Source: Spirochaetia bacterium
Lineage (GTDB): Bacteria > Spirochaetota > Spirochaetia > SZUA-6 > Bin103
DNA length: 64,000 nt
Assembly: GCA_965208575.1 (NCBI GenBank)
Contig: CBDBOV010000002.1
Location: forward strand, 32,001-96,000
Direction of reading: 5' to 3'
The stretch's first letter is position 1, and each line of letters opens with the position of its first letter. Shown piece by piece: positions 27,365 through 37,012 of the stretch. A program made the translations under genes and the position numbers. The notes under the pieces were generated by a model. That model was not told where the DNA came from, ran no database searches, and worked only from the letters and a program-made list of their open reading frames with translations.

Positions 27365-29851
27365 ATGCCGCCGGACAGAATGCGCGGCGCAGACCGCCGC
27401 GGCGGGCACCTGGGGTTCATCCTGAACGCCACCTACGCGGTCGAACCCGGCGGCGGCCGCGCGGTGGTGCACCTGTACGGGCGGCTTGCGGACGGGCGCT
27501 CGTTCCTGGTGCGCGACCGCCGCCCGGAGCCCTACTTCTACATCGAGAGCAGCGCCGCCGAGCAGGCACGGGGGCTCGGCGCGCGTAATCTCGACGCCAC
27601 CGACCGGCGCACCCTGCACGGCGCGCCGGTGCATCGCGTCCGCCTGCGCCACCCGGGCGACGCGCCGGCGATGCGCAGCCGCCTGCACCGTGCCGGCATT
27701 GCCACCTACGAGGCGGACGTGCGCTTCGCCTACCGCTACCTGATCGACCGCGGAATCAGGAGTGCGCTGCGTATCCACGGCGCCGCGGTCCCGCTGACCG
27801 GCGCGGTGCCGGCCGCCCCGCGGGAGACGGTGGTGTTCGACGAGCCGGAGGTGGAACCGGCGCGCTGGACGCCGGCGCTGACCACGCTCTCTCTGGACAT
27901 CGAGACCGATCCGGAGGCGAAGCGCCTGCTGTCGGTGGCGCTGTGGGGGTGCGGCGCGCGCGAGGTGCTGCTGCTGTGCCCGGATGCCGCCGCACGCGCC
28001 GCGTGTCCTGCGGATGCCATCCCCTGCGTCAGCGAGGCGGAGTTGTTGACCGTGCTCTGCGAGCGGGTGCGCGCGCTCGATCCGGATGTGGTGACCGGCT
28101 GGAACATCATCGACTTCGACGTGCCGGTGCTGATCCGCCGCGGCGCGGAGCTGAAGGTGCCGCTGGAGCTGGGCCGCGCGCCCGGCGCGGTGCGGCAGCG
28201 CGGAGCGTCGCGCCGCGCCGGCGGTGCCGGCGACGGGGGCAGCGGCGGCAGCCGGCGGCGGTTCAGCGACTCGATCTTCATCCCGGGGCGGGTGGTGCTG
28301 GACGGCATCCGCCTGCTGCGCGCGGTTTCCTACCGGCTGGACAGCTACTCGCTGGACAACGCGGCGCGGGAGATTCTTGGCGAGGGCAAGACGCTCGGCG
28401 GGGCCGACCACGTCGATCAAATCATGCACACCTTCCGCCATGACCCCGAGCGGTTCGTGGAGTACAACCTGACCGATGCGCGCCTGGTGCTCGACATCCT
28501 CGACAAGCTGGACCTGGTGCCGTTCACGGCCGAGCGCAGCGTGCTGACCGGGATGCCGCCCGACCGGGTCGGTTCCTCGATCGCGGCGTTCGACTTCCTC
28601 TACCTGTCGCGGCTGCACGCCCGCGGCGTGGCGGCGCCGACGGTCGGCGTCGAGCGGCGGTTTGGCCATGCCAATGGCAACGGTAGCGAAGATGGTGGCG
28701 GCACCGGCGCGCGACCGGAGCCGATGCACGGCGGCCACATTCTCAAGCCGCGCCCGGGGCTGCACGAGGACGTGCTGCTGTTCGACTTCAAGAGCCTGTA
28801 CCCGAGCATCATCCGCACCTTTCAGATCGATCCGCTCGGCCTGATCCGGGTGGCGGGCGAAGCGCATCGGGCGGCCGGCGGCGAGGTGGTCGAGGCGCCC
28901 AACGGGGCGCGCTTCCGGCGCCGGCGCGGCATCCTGACCGAGCTGCTCGACGAGCTGTTCACCAGCCGCGAGAAGGCCAAGGCGGCCGGCAACACCATCG
29001 CCAGCGACGCCATCAAGGTGCTGATGAACTCGTTCTACGGCGTGCTCGGCACCAGCGCGTGCCGCTTCTCCCATCCGCTGCTCGCCAACGCCATCACCAG
29101 CTTCGGCAAGCACTTCCTGCTGTGGGCGAAGGGCTGGATGGAGCAGCGCGGCCTGACCGTGCTGTACGGCGATACCGACAGCCTGTTCGTGGCCGGCAGC
29201 GGCGGCAGCGGCGGGCCGGCGCTGGCGAAGCGGCTCAATGCCGACCTGGCCGCCTACGTGGCCGCCACCTGGCGGGTGCAGAGCTACCTGGAAATGGAGT
29301 TCGAGACCCGCTACGAACGGCTGCTGCTGCCGAGCGTGCGCGGCGGTGGGCGCGGCGCCACCAAGCGGTACGTGGGGCTGACCGGCGGCAAGCTGCAGTT
29401 CACCGGCATGGAGGTGGTGCGGCGCGACTGGACGGCGCTGGCGCACGAGGTACAGCGCGAGCTGTACCGGCGGTTGTTCGCCGATCAGCCGGTGGAGGAG
29501 TACCTGCGCGCGGTGATTGGCGAGGTGAGCGCGGGGCGGCGCGACGGCCAGCTCGTCTACCACAAGGCGTTGCGCAAGGAGGCGGACGACTACCGCGCGG
29601 CCGCCCCGCACGTGGTGGCCGCGCGCAAGCAGGCCGCCGCCGGACCCGGCGAGGCATCATCCTGGCGCAGCGTGATCGAATACGTGATCACCGTGGAAGG
29701 TCCGGAGCCGGCCGCCGAGCGGGCACACCGGATCGACTACGAGCACTACATCGAGCGCCAGATTCGTCCGGTCGCGGAGCCGGTGCTCGCCATCAGCCGC
29801 CGCGACTTCGGCGAGGTGCGCCGCAACGAGCGCCAGCTCGAACTGTTCTGA
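27365..29851 (+). CDS. polB: DNA polymerase II (family B)
   Basis: SLDIET, GWNIIDFD, DFKSLYPS, KVLMNSFYG, YGDTDS, KRY; start approximate. Confidence 0.95.
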   Translation: MPPDRMRGADRRGGHLGFILNATYAVEPGGGRAVVHLYGRLADGRSFLVRDRRPEPYFYIESSAAEQARGLGARNLDATDRRTLHGAPVHRVRLRHPGDAPAMRSRLHRAGIATYEADVRFAYRYLIDRGIRSALRIHGAAVPLTGAVPAAPRETVVFDEPEVEPARWTPALTTLSLDIETDPEAKRLLSVALWGCGAREVLLLCPDAAARAACPADAIPCVSEAELLTVLCERVRALDPDVVTGWNIIDFDVPVLIRRGAELKVPLELGRAPGAVRQRGASRRAGGAGDGGSGGSRRRFSDSIFIPGRVVLDGIRLLRAVSYRLDSYSLDNAAREILGEGKTLGGADHVDQIMHTFRHDPERFVEYNLTDARLVLDILDKLDLVPFTAERSVLTGMPPDRVGSSIAAFDFLYLSRLHARGVAAPTVGVERRFGHANGNGSEDGGGTGARPEPMHGGHILKPRPGLHEDVLLFDFKSLYPSIIRTFQIDPLGLIRVAGEAHRAAGGEVVEAPNGARFRRRRGILTELLDELFTSREKAKAAGNTIASDAIKVLMNSFYGVLGTSACRFSHPLLANAITSFGKHFLLWAKGWMEQRGLTVLYGDTDSLFVAGSGGSGGPALAKRLNADLAAYVAATWRVQSYLEMEFETRYERLLLPSVRGGGRGATKRYVGLTGGKLQFTGMEVVRRDWTALAHEVQRELYRRLFADQPVEEYLRAVIGEVSAGRRDGQLVYHKALRKEADDYRAAAPHVVAARKQAAAGPGEASSWRSVIEYVITVEGPEPAAERAHRIDYEHYIERQIRPVAEPVLAISRRDFGEVRRNERQLELF

Positions 29852-29908
29852 ACGCGCCGGGTGCGCGCACGGGGCCGCAAGCGGTCTGCGGCGGCACGAA
29901 TCGAACGG

Positions 29909-29938
29909 TTGACATGCAAGCCAGCGCTTGCATATTAT
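29909..29938 (+). promoter_or_regulatory. Sigma70-type promoter overlapped by a palindromic operator
   Basis: TTGACA-18 nt-TATTAT; ATGCAAGC-cagc-GCTTGCAT at 29914-29933. Confidence 0.8.
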
Positions 29939-29981
29939 AGGCTCGTGACATGGAAGCAATCACTTGCCTTAGACCGGTCGT

Positions 29982-30272
29982 GTGGACGTATATCGCGCGA
30001 TCGCTGACCCAACCAGGCGAGCCATCCTGGATGAACTCGTCGATCGGTCGGGTCAATCGCTCTTCGAACTCTGCGCACGCCTGACCATGAAGCACGGCAT
30101 CAACTCCTCACGGCAGGCGATCACGCAACACCTGGACGTCCTGGAGGCGGCCGGGCTGATTCGCACGAAGCGCGAGGGGAGATCGAAGCTCCATTGGTTC
30201 GAGGGCGGCCCGCTGAAGGCCATCGCGGAGCGTTGGCCGATCTCAACAGATGAAAGAGGTTTTGAAAGATGA
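29982..30272 (+). CDS. ArsR/SmtB family regulator
   Basis: YRAIADPTRRAILDEL, SRQAITQHLDVLEAAGLI. Confidence 0.92.
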   Translation: MDVYRAIADPTRRAILDELVDRSGQSLFELCARLTMKHGINSSRQAITQHLDVLEAAGLIRTKREGRSKLHWFEGGPLKAIAERWPISTDERGFER

Positions 30273-30673
30273 GAATACACCTATCGGGTGTCTTCGTAGA
30301 CGACCAACAGAAGGCACTTCGCTTCTACACGGAAACGCTCGGTTTCCAGCTAAAGCACAACATCCCCTTGGGAGATCACGCCTGGATCACCGTTGTATCC
30401 GAGGAAGCTCCAGAGGGGACGGAATTGCTGCTCGAGCCTGATGACCATCCCGCGGTCCGACCGTTCAAGAGGGCGCTCGTGGAGGACGGTATCCCCAGTG
30501 CCTCCTTCGCGGTCGACGACGTCGAAGCCGAACACGAGCGTCTCATGGCAAGAGGTGTGCGATTCGTACAGCCACCAACAGACCTCGGGACTGTCATTGT
30601 CGCGGTATTCGACGATTCGTGCGGCAACTTGATCCAGATCGCAGAGGAGAAACGTCAACCGCGACCATCTTGA
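30269..30673 (+). CDS. VOC/glyoxalase family protein
   Basis: VFVDDQQKALRFYTETLGF, FDDSCGNLIQI. Confidence 0.92.
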   Translation: MRIHLSGVFVDDQQKALRFYTETLGFQLKHNIPLGDHAWITVVSEEAPEGTELLLEPDDHPAVRPFKRALVEDGIPSASFAVDDVEAEHERLMARGVRFVQPPTDLGTVIVAVFDDSCGNLIQIAEEKRQPRPS

Positions 30674-30746
30674 GTCGCCGCGCGACTCGCTACCGCGCCT
30701 GGGCCTGCCAGGGCCAGGTGCCGTAGTCCACCTGTTCTGATCCGAC

Positions 30747-31760
30747 CTAATCCCGGATCCGATCCAGGTGCACGGTTCGGCCGGTGCGGGCCGACTCGGC
30801 GGCGGCGCCCATGACGCGGGCGGTGGCGATGGCGTCGGTGTTGGGGAGCAGGGGCGCGGCGCCGTCGAGCAGGCAGTCGTGGAAGTGGTCGAGGGACGGG
30901 GTGAACGCGCGCACGCCGTTGTTCAGCGTGGCCCGTTCGGTGGCTTGCGGCGTGGTCAGGGTGTAGGCACTCTCCTCGTAGGGGTGGGTGGGTTGCTCGA
31001 TGTGCAGGGAGCCGCCGGAGCCGGCAAGTTGCGCACCGCGCACCGGCATGGCGTCGAAGGTGCCGAACAGGGTGGCCACCACGGCGTCCGGGAACTCCAG
31101 CAGCAGTCCGATGCGGCTGTCGACGCCGCCTTGCCGGGTTTCCCGCCAGGCCGCGGATACCCGGACCGGCTCGGTTCCGGCCGCCCAGCGCGCCACGTCG
31201 ATCAGGTAGCAACCGATGTCGGCGAGTGCGCCGCCGCCCAGATCGGGCTGCCAGCGGATGTTGCCGGGGGGCAGCGGCCCGCCCATGTGCATTGCGACGT
31301 GGCGCAGGTCGCCGATCGCGCCGGCATCGAGCAGGCTGCGCAGGCGCAGCGTCTGCGGGTGATAGCGGAACACCATCGCCTCCATCAGCAGCACGCCGTG
31401 CCGCGCGGCGGCGTCCACCATGCGCTGCGCCGCTTCCGGGCTGGTGGCCAGCGGCTTCTCGCAGAACACGTGCTTGCCGTGCTCCATGGCCCGGATCGCC
31501 CACTCCTCGTGCAGGGAGTTGGGCAGCGGCAGGTACACTGCGTCGACGCGGTCGCTCCACAGCAGGTCGTCGTAGCTGGCGAACACCTCCGGGATCTCCA
31601 GGTCGCGGGCGAACGCCGCCGCCCGCTCGCGGTTGCGGCTCGCCACCCCGGCCAGCTCGCCGCGCGCGGTGGCGCGCAGCGCCGGCGCGAACACCCAGCG
31701 CCCGATCTGCGCGGTGCTGACGATGCCCCACCGCACCTTGTCCGATTTCACTTGCTTCAT
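30747..31760 (-). CDS. Gfo/Idh/MocA oxidoreductase
   Basis: VRWGIVSTAQIG, HVFCEKP, GGGALADIGCY. Confidence 0.93.
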   Translation of the reverse strand: MKQVKSDKVRWGIVSTAQIGRWVFAPALRATARGELAGVASRNRERAAAFARDLEIPEVFASYDDLLWSDRVDAVYLPLPNSLHEEWAIRAMEHGKHVFCEKPLATSPEAAQRMVDAAARHGVLLMEAMVFRYHPQTLRLRSLLDAGAIGDLRHVAMHMGGPLPPGNIRWQPDLGGGALADIGCYLIDVARWAAGTEPVRVSAAWRETRQGGVDSRIGLLLEFPDAVVATLFGTFDAMPVRGAQLAGSGGSLHIEQPTHPYEESAYTLTTPQATERATLNNGVRAFTPSLDHFHDCLLDGAAPLLPNTDAIATARVMGAAAESARTGRTVHLDRIRD

Positions 31761-31837
31761 CGCCCGCTCGCCGCCCCCCGTTCTTTCCGCGCTGCGCTCT
31801 CGTTCACCGGCCCGCGTCCACGGTACAATCGCGCGCC

Positions 31838-32671
31838 ATGAGAATCGTACGCTACGCCAAGGGTGAAACGGTCGGCTACGGCTGTCAACGAGAAGATGGA
31901 TCGATCGTCGCCATTGCCGGCGACCCGCTCGCCGGCAGCGGCCCGCTCGGCCCCGGCGGCCCCGGCGCCTGGTCGGTGACCCGCCGCATCATCGGCGGCG
32001 CGCGCCTGCTCGCCCCGGTGGTGCCGCCGGCGGTGGTCTGCATCGGCCTCAACTACCGCCGCCACGCCGAGGAGTCGGGCGCCGCCATCCCCGATCACCC
32101 GGTGGTGTTCATGAAGATGCCGTCGTCGATTCAGCACCCCGGCGGCCCGATCGCGCTGCCGCGTACGCTGCGCAGCGACAAGGTCGACTACGAGTGCGAG
32201 CTCGCGGTGGTGATCGGGCGGCGCTGCCGCAATGTCTCCCGCCGCGTGGCGCTCGACTACGTGCTCGGCTACACCTGCGGCAACGACGTCAGCGCCCGCG
32301 ACTGGCAGAACGAATGGGGCGGCGGCCAGTGGTGCCGCGGCAAGACGTTCGACACCTTCTGTCCGCTCGGCCCGGCGCTGGTCACCGGCGACGAGATTCG
32401 CAATCCCAACGCCCTGCGCATCCGCACCGTGATCAACGGCGAGACGCTGCAGGACTGGAACACCAGCGACATGATCTTCGACGTGCCGGCGCTGATCTCC
32501 TTCCTGAGCGGCAGCACCACCCTGGAGCCGGGCACGGTGATCATGACCGGCACCCCGCACGGCGTAGGCGGCGCGCGCACCCCGCCGCGCTTCCTGCAGC
32601 CCGGCGACGAGGTGACCGTGGACATCGAGACCATCGGCGCCCTCACCAACCCCGTGGTCGCCGAGGAGTGA
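31838..32671 (+). CDS. Fumarylacetoacetate hydrolase family
   Basis: CIGLNY, DYECEL, NDVSARD, GKTFDTF, TGTPHG. Confidence 0.94.
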   Translation: MRIVRYAKGETVGYGCQREDGSIVAIAGDPLAGSGPLGPGGPGAWSVTRRIIGGARLLAPVVPPAVVCIGLNYRRHAEESGAAIPDHPVVFMKMPSSIQHPGGPIALPRTLRSDKVDYECELAVVIGRRCRNVSRRVALDYVLGYTCGNDVSARDWQNEWGGGQWCRGKTFDTFCPLGPALVTGDEIRNPNALRIRTVINGETLQDWNTSDMIFDVPALISFLSGSTTLEPGTVIMTGTPHGVGGARTPPRFLQPGDEVTVDIETIGALTNPVVAEE

Positions 32672-32729
32672 GAGGAGTGAGCCCCGCCAGTTGCCGGACG
32701 GAATCGGCGGCCGTAGGCTGGCGGGCGCG

Positions 32730-32927
32730 ATGAAGTATCGGGTGGTCCTGATCGAGTCGGACGAGGGGTACGCGGTCAGGTGTCCGGCGTTGCGCGGATG
32801 CCACTCCCAAGGAACCACGGTCGAGGAGGCGCTGGAGAACATCAAGGAAGCGATCCGCGATTGGTTGGCCGTCGACGATCAGCAGCGCTCCGAGCTCAAG
32901 GTCATTGAGACTGAAGTAGTCGTTTGA
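32730..32927 (+). CDS. hicB: HicB-like antitoxin (short)
   Basis: CPALRGCHSQGTTVEEALENIKEAI. Confidence 0.9.
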   Translation: MKYRVVLIESDEGYAVRCPALRGCHSQGTTVEEALENIKEAIRDWLAVDDQQRSELKVIETEVVV

Positions 32928-33138
32928 TGCCGCGCATCCCCGGAGTGGGTACCGGCAAGCTGTTCGTGTCCTTGAGAAACTCGGGTACCGCGTCGTCAGA
33001 CAGAGCGGGCATGCCGTGATGTCCAACGGCGAAGTCACGGTGACCATTCCTCGCCACAATCCGGTGAACGCCTACACCATGGGCGCGATTGCGCGTGATG
33101 TCGGGCTGACACCCGCCGAGTTTCTGCAACTCAAGTGA
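32927..33138 (+). pseudogene. hicA: HicA toxin, 1-nt frameshift
   Basis: MPRIPGV then other frame YRQAVRVLEKLGYRVVRQSGH...TIPRH...IARDVGLT; one base missing around 32945-32950. Confidence 0.85.
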
Positions 33139-33139
33139 G

Positions 33140-34048
33140 CTACGCCGATGTCGACTGCGTCGTGGCATGGAGCGCTGCTTCAAGCAACCGGATGAGGGCC
33201 GGTTTGCGGCGGCGGCGGGCGTAGTCGAGGGCGGTCTCGCCGCCGGGTTGTGTTGGCCCGGGCCTCGTGCGCAGGCAGAGGTCAGGGTGGTATGCGAGGA
33301 CCAACCTCACCCAGCCGATGGTGCCGGCGATCACGGCGTCGTGCAGCGCCGTCTTTCCGGCGCCGTCCTGGCGGCCCGGATCGGCTCCGTGGTCCAGCAG
33401 CAGGCGCGCCATTTCCTTGTGCCGGTTGGCGATGGCGCGATGCAGGGCGGCCCCGCCGAAGTGGCCGGCGGCGCAACCGGGGTCGGCGCCCCGTTCCAGC
33501 AGCACCGCGGCCGCGGCGAGCGCGTCGGCCTCGACGGCGTCGGCCAGCGGCGGGTGGCCGTGCCGGTTGACCGCGCCGATGTCGGCGCCGCGGTCGAGCA
33601 GCAGGCGAACCGCCGCCGGCTGATCGCCGCGCGCGGCGGCATGCAGCGGCGTGCCGCCCACCCGGTCGCGCCCGCCGGCCGTGGATGGGTCGGCATCGAG
33701 CATGCGGCGCAACTCGTCCAGCACCCCGAGCCCGGCGGCGTCGGCGGCGCGCATGCGACAGCCACTTCGCACCAGCAGGGCGGCGATCTCCCGGGAACCG
33801 GCCGCCGTGGCCGCGTCCATCAGTGATGAGCCGCCGTCGTTGACCTGCAGCGGGTCGGCGCCGCGGTCGAGCAGCAGCGCCACTAGCTCCGGGCGGCGCG
33901 CGTCGACCGCCTCCCGCACCGGCGTATTGCCGTGTGCGTTGCGGGCATCGACCAGACCGGGATGCCGGTGGAGCAGCGCGTGCACGTGCGCGGCCGGGCC
34001 GCGGCGGACGGCTTCCAGGAGCTGTTTGCGTAGCTCGCGCAGGTCCAT
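33140..34048 (-). CDS. Ankyrin repeat protein
   Basis: Repeats GNTPVREA, GGTPLHAA, GHPPLADA, GAALHRA, GKTALHDA, GETALDYA. Confidence 0.92.
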   Translation of the reverse strand: MDLRELRKQLLEAVRRGPAAHVHALLHRHPGLVDARNAHGNTPVREAVDARRPELVALLLDRGADPLQVNDGGSSLMDAATAAGSREIAALLVRSGCRMRAADAAGLGVLDELRRMLDADPSTAGGRDRVGGTPLHAAARGDQPAAVRLLLDRGADIGAVNRHGHPPLADAVEADALAAAAVLLERGADPGCAAGHFGGAALHRAIANRHKEMARLLLDHGADPGRQDGAGKTALHDAVIAGTIGWVRLVLAYHPDLCLRTRPGPTQPGGETALDYARRRRKPALIRLLEAALHATTQSTSA

Positions 34049-34063
34049 CGGCAATCGGTCACG

Positions 34064-35479
34064 TCAGGTGTTGAACATCTCTTCCACGCGCGAAATCGAC
34101 TCGGTCTTGGCCACCATGGTGAGCTTGTCGCGGTCGCGCAGGGTGTAGTTGCTGCGCGGCACGATGTGCGAGCCGTTGCGCGTCACCGCCACGATCAGGG
34201 AGTTGTCCGGCATGCGCACGTCGCGGACCGCGCGCCCCACGAAGCCGCGCGATCCGTCGAGCGTCGACTCGATCACCTCCGCCAGGCCGCCGAAGATGCT
34301 GTGCACGCTCTTCACCTTGCCGCGCCGGATGAACTTGAGGATGGTGTTCACGACGCTGTACTTGGGGCTGATGATCACGTCCGCGCCGAGCCGCGACGCC
34401 ACGGTCAGGTAGTTGAACTTGTTGACCAGGGCGATGGAGCGCTTGATGCCGAGCGTCTTGGCGTAGATCGCCACCAGGATGTTGAGCTCCGGATTGTCGG
34501 TGGTGGTGATGATCAGGTCGGACCCGGCGAGCGCCTCCTCCTCGAAGAAGCCCTCTTCCGACACGTCGCTGTTGATCACCACTGCGTCCGGGAACTGCTC
34601 GGCGAGGCGCTTGCAGTTGTCGTAGTTGGCGTCGACGATCTTCAGGCGCTTGTTGTGGCGGCGCAGGTAGTCGAGCAGGCGGCGCGGGCGGCGTGACCGG
34701 CTGCCGTTGCTGCTGAACCCGCGCTGCGTGAGCGAGCCGGCGACGAAGCTTCCGACCCGCCCACCGCCGATCAGCAGCACCCGGTTCAGGTCCACGCGCG
34801 GACGTCCGGCAATCACGAACACCTCCTCGAGGGTGTGTTCGGCCGCGACCAGGTAGAGCTCGTCGCCCGACTCCACGACGGTGTCGCCGCGCGGCACGAA
34901 GAAATCCTCGCCGCGGGAGATGCCGGCGACCAGGAAGTCGGCGTCCAGGGACTGCTTGATCGACGCGATGCTCTGCTTGGCGAACAGGGTGCGGCTGTCG
35001 ACCATGAAGTTGCGCATCTGCAGGTCGGTGTTCTCGAACGTCATCACGTCGCTGGTGGCGCCCTGCTCGACCGACTTGACGATCGCCTGGGCCGCCTCGA
35101 TCTCGGGATTGACGAAGTAGTCGACGTCCATCAGCGAGTGGCCGGACAGGTTGGAGTTGGCGTAGTCGGGGTTGCGCACGCGGGCGATCTTGCACGGCAC
35201 CCCGAACTCGCTGGCCACCAGGCCGCAGGAGACGATGTTCAATTCGTCGCTGTCGGTGACGCTGATGAAGAAGTCGGCGGCCTCGATGCCCGCCTCGCGC
35301 AACGCCGGCAGCCGATTGCCGGAGTCGTTGATCACCATGCAGTCCAGGTGGTTGACCGCGTACTTGGCGGTTTCCGGGTCGCGCTCGATCAGAACGACGT
35401 TCTTGTTGTCAGCGATCAGGTGCCGCGCCACCTGGAACCCGGTGGTGCCGGCACCCGCGATGACAACCTTCTCAGCCAT
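34064..35479 (-). CDS. trkA: Trk K+ uptake NAD-binding subunit
   Basis: Two RCK domains (IAGAGTTG, IGGGRVG), VTDSDELN. Confidence 0.93.
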   Translation of the reverse strand: MAEKVVIAGAGTTGFQVARHLIADNKNVVLIERDPETAKYAVNHLDCMVINDSGNRLPALREAGIEAADFFISVTDSDELNIVSCGLVASEFGVPCKIARVRNPDYANSNLSGHSLMDVDYFVNPEIEAAQAIVKSVEQGATSDVMTFENTDLQMRNFMVDSRTLFAKQSIASIKQSLDADFLVAGISRGEDFFVPRGDTVVESGDELYLVAAEHTLEEVFVIAGRPRVDLNRVLLIGGGRVGSFVAGSLTQRGFSSNGSRSRRPRRLLDYLRRHNKRLKIVDANYDNCKRLAEQFPDAVVINSDVSEEGFFEEEALAGSDLIITTTDNPELNILVAIYAKTLGIKRSIALVNKFNYLTVASRLGADVIISPKYSVVNTILKFIRRGKVKSVHSIFGGLAEVIESTLDGSRGFVGRAVRDVRMPDNSLIVAVTRNGSHIVPRSNYTLRDRDKLTMVAKTESISRVEEMFNT

Positions 35480-35585
35480 CGGTTCCAATATGACCGCTGC
35501 GCGGGAAGCCGGCAACCTGCAAAGCCCCCGCCGGCCCGCCGCCGGCACTGGCCATTTTCGCCGCTCCGTGGTGGAATCGGCAGCC

Positions 35586-36929
35586 ATGAAGATCACTTTC
35601 ATCGGGGCGGGGTCCACCGTATTCGTGAAGAACATCATCGGCGACTGCATGCTCACCGAACCGCTGCGCGACGCCACGGTCGCGTTGTACGACATCAACG
35701 CCAGGCGGCTGCAGGAGTCCAAGGCGATGCTGGACACGCTGAACGGAAACATCAACGCGGCGTGCGCCGGCATCGAGACCTACCTGGGAACGGAGCAGCG
35801 CCGGGAGGCGCTGCGCGGCGCCGACTTCGTGGTCAACGCCATCCAGGTGGGCGGCTACGAACCGAGCACGGTGATCGATTTCGAGGTGCCCAAGAAGTAC
35901 GGGCTACGCCAGACCATCGCCGACACGCTCGGCATCGGCGGCATCTTCCGGGCCCTGCGCACCATTCCGGTGATGCTCGACTTCGCCCGCGACATGGAGG
36001 AGGTGGCGCCGGACGCCTGGCTGCTGAACTACACCAACCCGATGGCGATGGTGATGGGCGCGGTGCTGCACGCCACCGGCGTGCGCGCCGTCGGGCTGTG
36101 CCACTCGGTGCAGGCGTGCGTGCCGAAGCTGCTCGGGAGGCTGGGCATGGAGCAGGATCCGGCGGTAACCAAGTGGCAGATCGCCGGCATCAACCACCAG
36201 GCGTGGCTGCTGGAATTGAAGGCGGCCGGCGCCGACCTGTACCCGGAGGTGAAGCGGCGCGCCGCCGAGATGAACTGCGCGGCGCGGGACGGCCGCGACA
36301 AGCACGACGACATGATTCGCTTCGAGATGATGCGTCACTTCGGGTACTACGTCACCGAGTCGTCCGAGCACAGCGCCGAGTACTTCCCGTACTGGATCAA
36401 GAGCACTCACCCGGAGTTGATCGAGGAGTTCAACATCCCGCTCGACGAGTACATCCGCCGCTGCATCCTCAACATCGAGCGCTGGAGCACGCAGAGCGCC
36501 ACCATGGTCGGCAACTCCGACCTGGGCCACGAGCGCTCGGTGGAGTACGGTTCGCGCATCATGGAGGCGATCGTCACCGACACCCCTTACCGCATTCACG
36601 GCAACATCCTCAACGACGGCTTCATCGGCAACCTGCCAGCCGGGGCGTGTGTCGAGGTGCCTTCGCTGGTGGACCGCAACGGCGTGCAGGGCTGCGTGGT
36701 GGGCGATCTGCCGGAGCCGTGCGCGGCGCTGAACCGCACCAACGTCAACGTGCAACTGCTCACCGTGGAGGCGGCGCTGGAGCGGCGCCGCGACCGCATC
36801 TACCAGGCCGCGATGCTCGACCCGCACACCGCGGCCGAGCTGTCGTTGGACCAGATCGTGAGCATGTGCGACGAGCTCATCGAGGCCCACGGCGACCTGC
36901 TGCCGTCCTATCGGAGCAACGGTGCGTAG
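35586..36929 (+). CDS. melA: Alpha-galactosidase (GH4)
   Basis: KITFIGAGS, NYTNPM, GLCHS, GINHQAW, TESSEH. Confidence 0.93.
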   Translation: MKITFIGAGSTVFVKNIIGDCMLTEPLRDATVALYDINARRLQESKAMLDTLNGNINAACAGIETYLGTEQRREALRGADFVVNAIQVGGYEPSTVIDFEVPKKYGLRQTIADTLGIGGIFRALRTIPVMLDFARDMEEVAPDAWLLNYTNPMAMVMGAVLHATGVRAVGLCHSVQACVPKLLGRLGMEQDPAVTKWQIAGINHQAWLLELKAAGADLYPEVKRRAAEMNCAARDGRDKHDDMIRFEMMRHFGYYVTESSEHSAEYFPYWIKSTHPELIEEFNIPLDEYIRRCILNIERWSTQSATMVGNSDLGHERSVEYGSRIMEAIVTDTPYRIHGNILNDGFIGNLPAGACVEVPSLVDRNGVQGCVVGDLPEPCAALNRTNVNVQLLTVEAALERRRDRIYQAAMLDPHTAAELSLDQIVSMCDELIEAHGDLLPSYRSNGA

Positions 36930-37012
36930 CCGTCGCGGCCCGGCGGCGGGCGCGGCGCGGTGCGCTGGCCGTGCGGTGCACACCGGTTGCACTACCGCGG
37001 GGGGGCGCTGAC

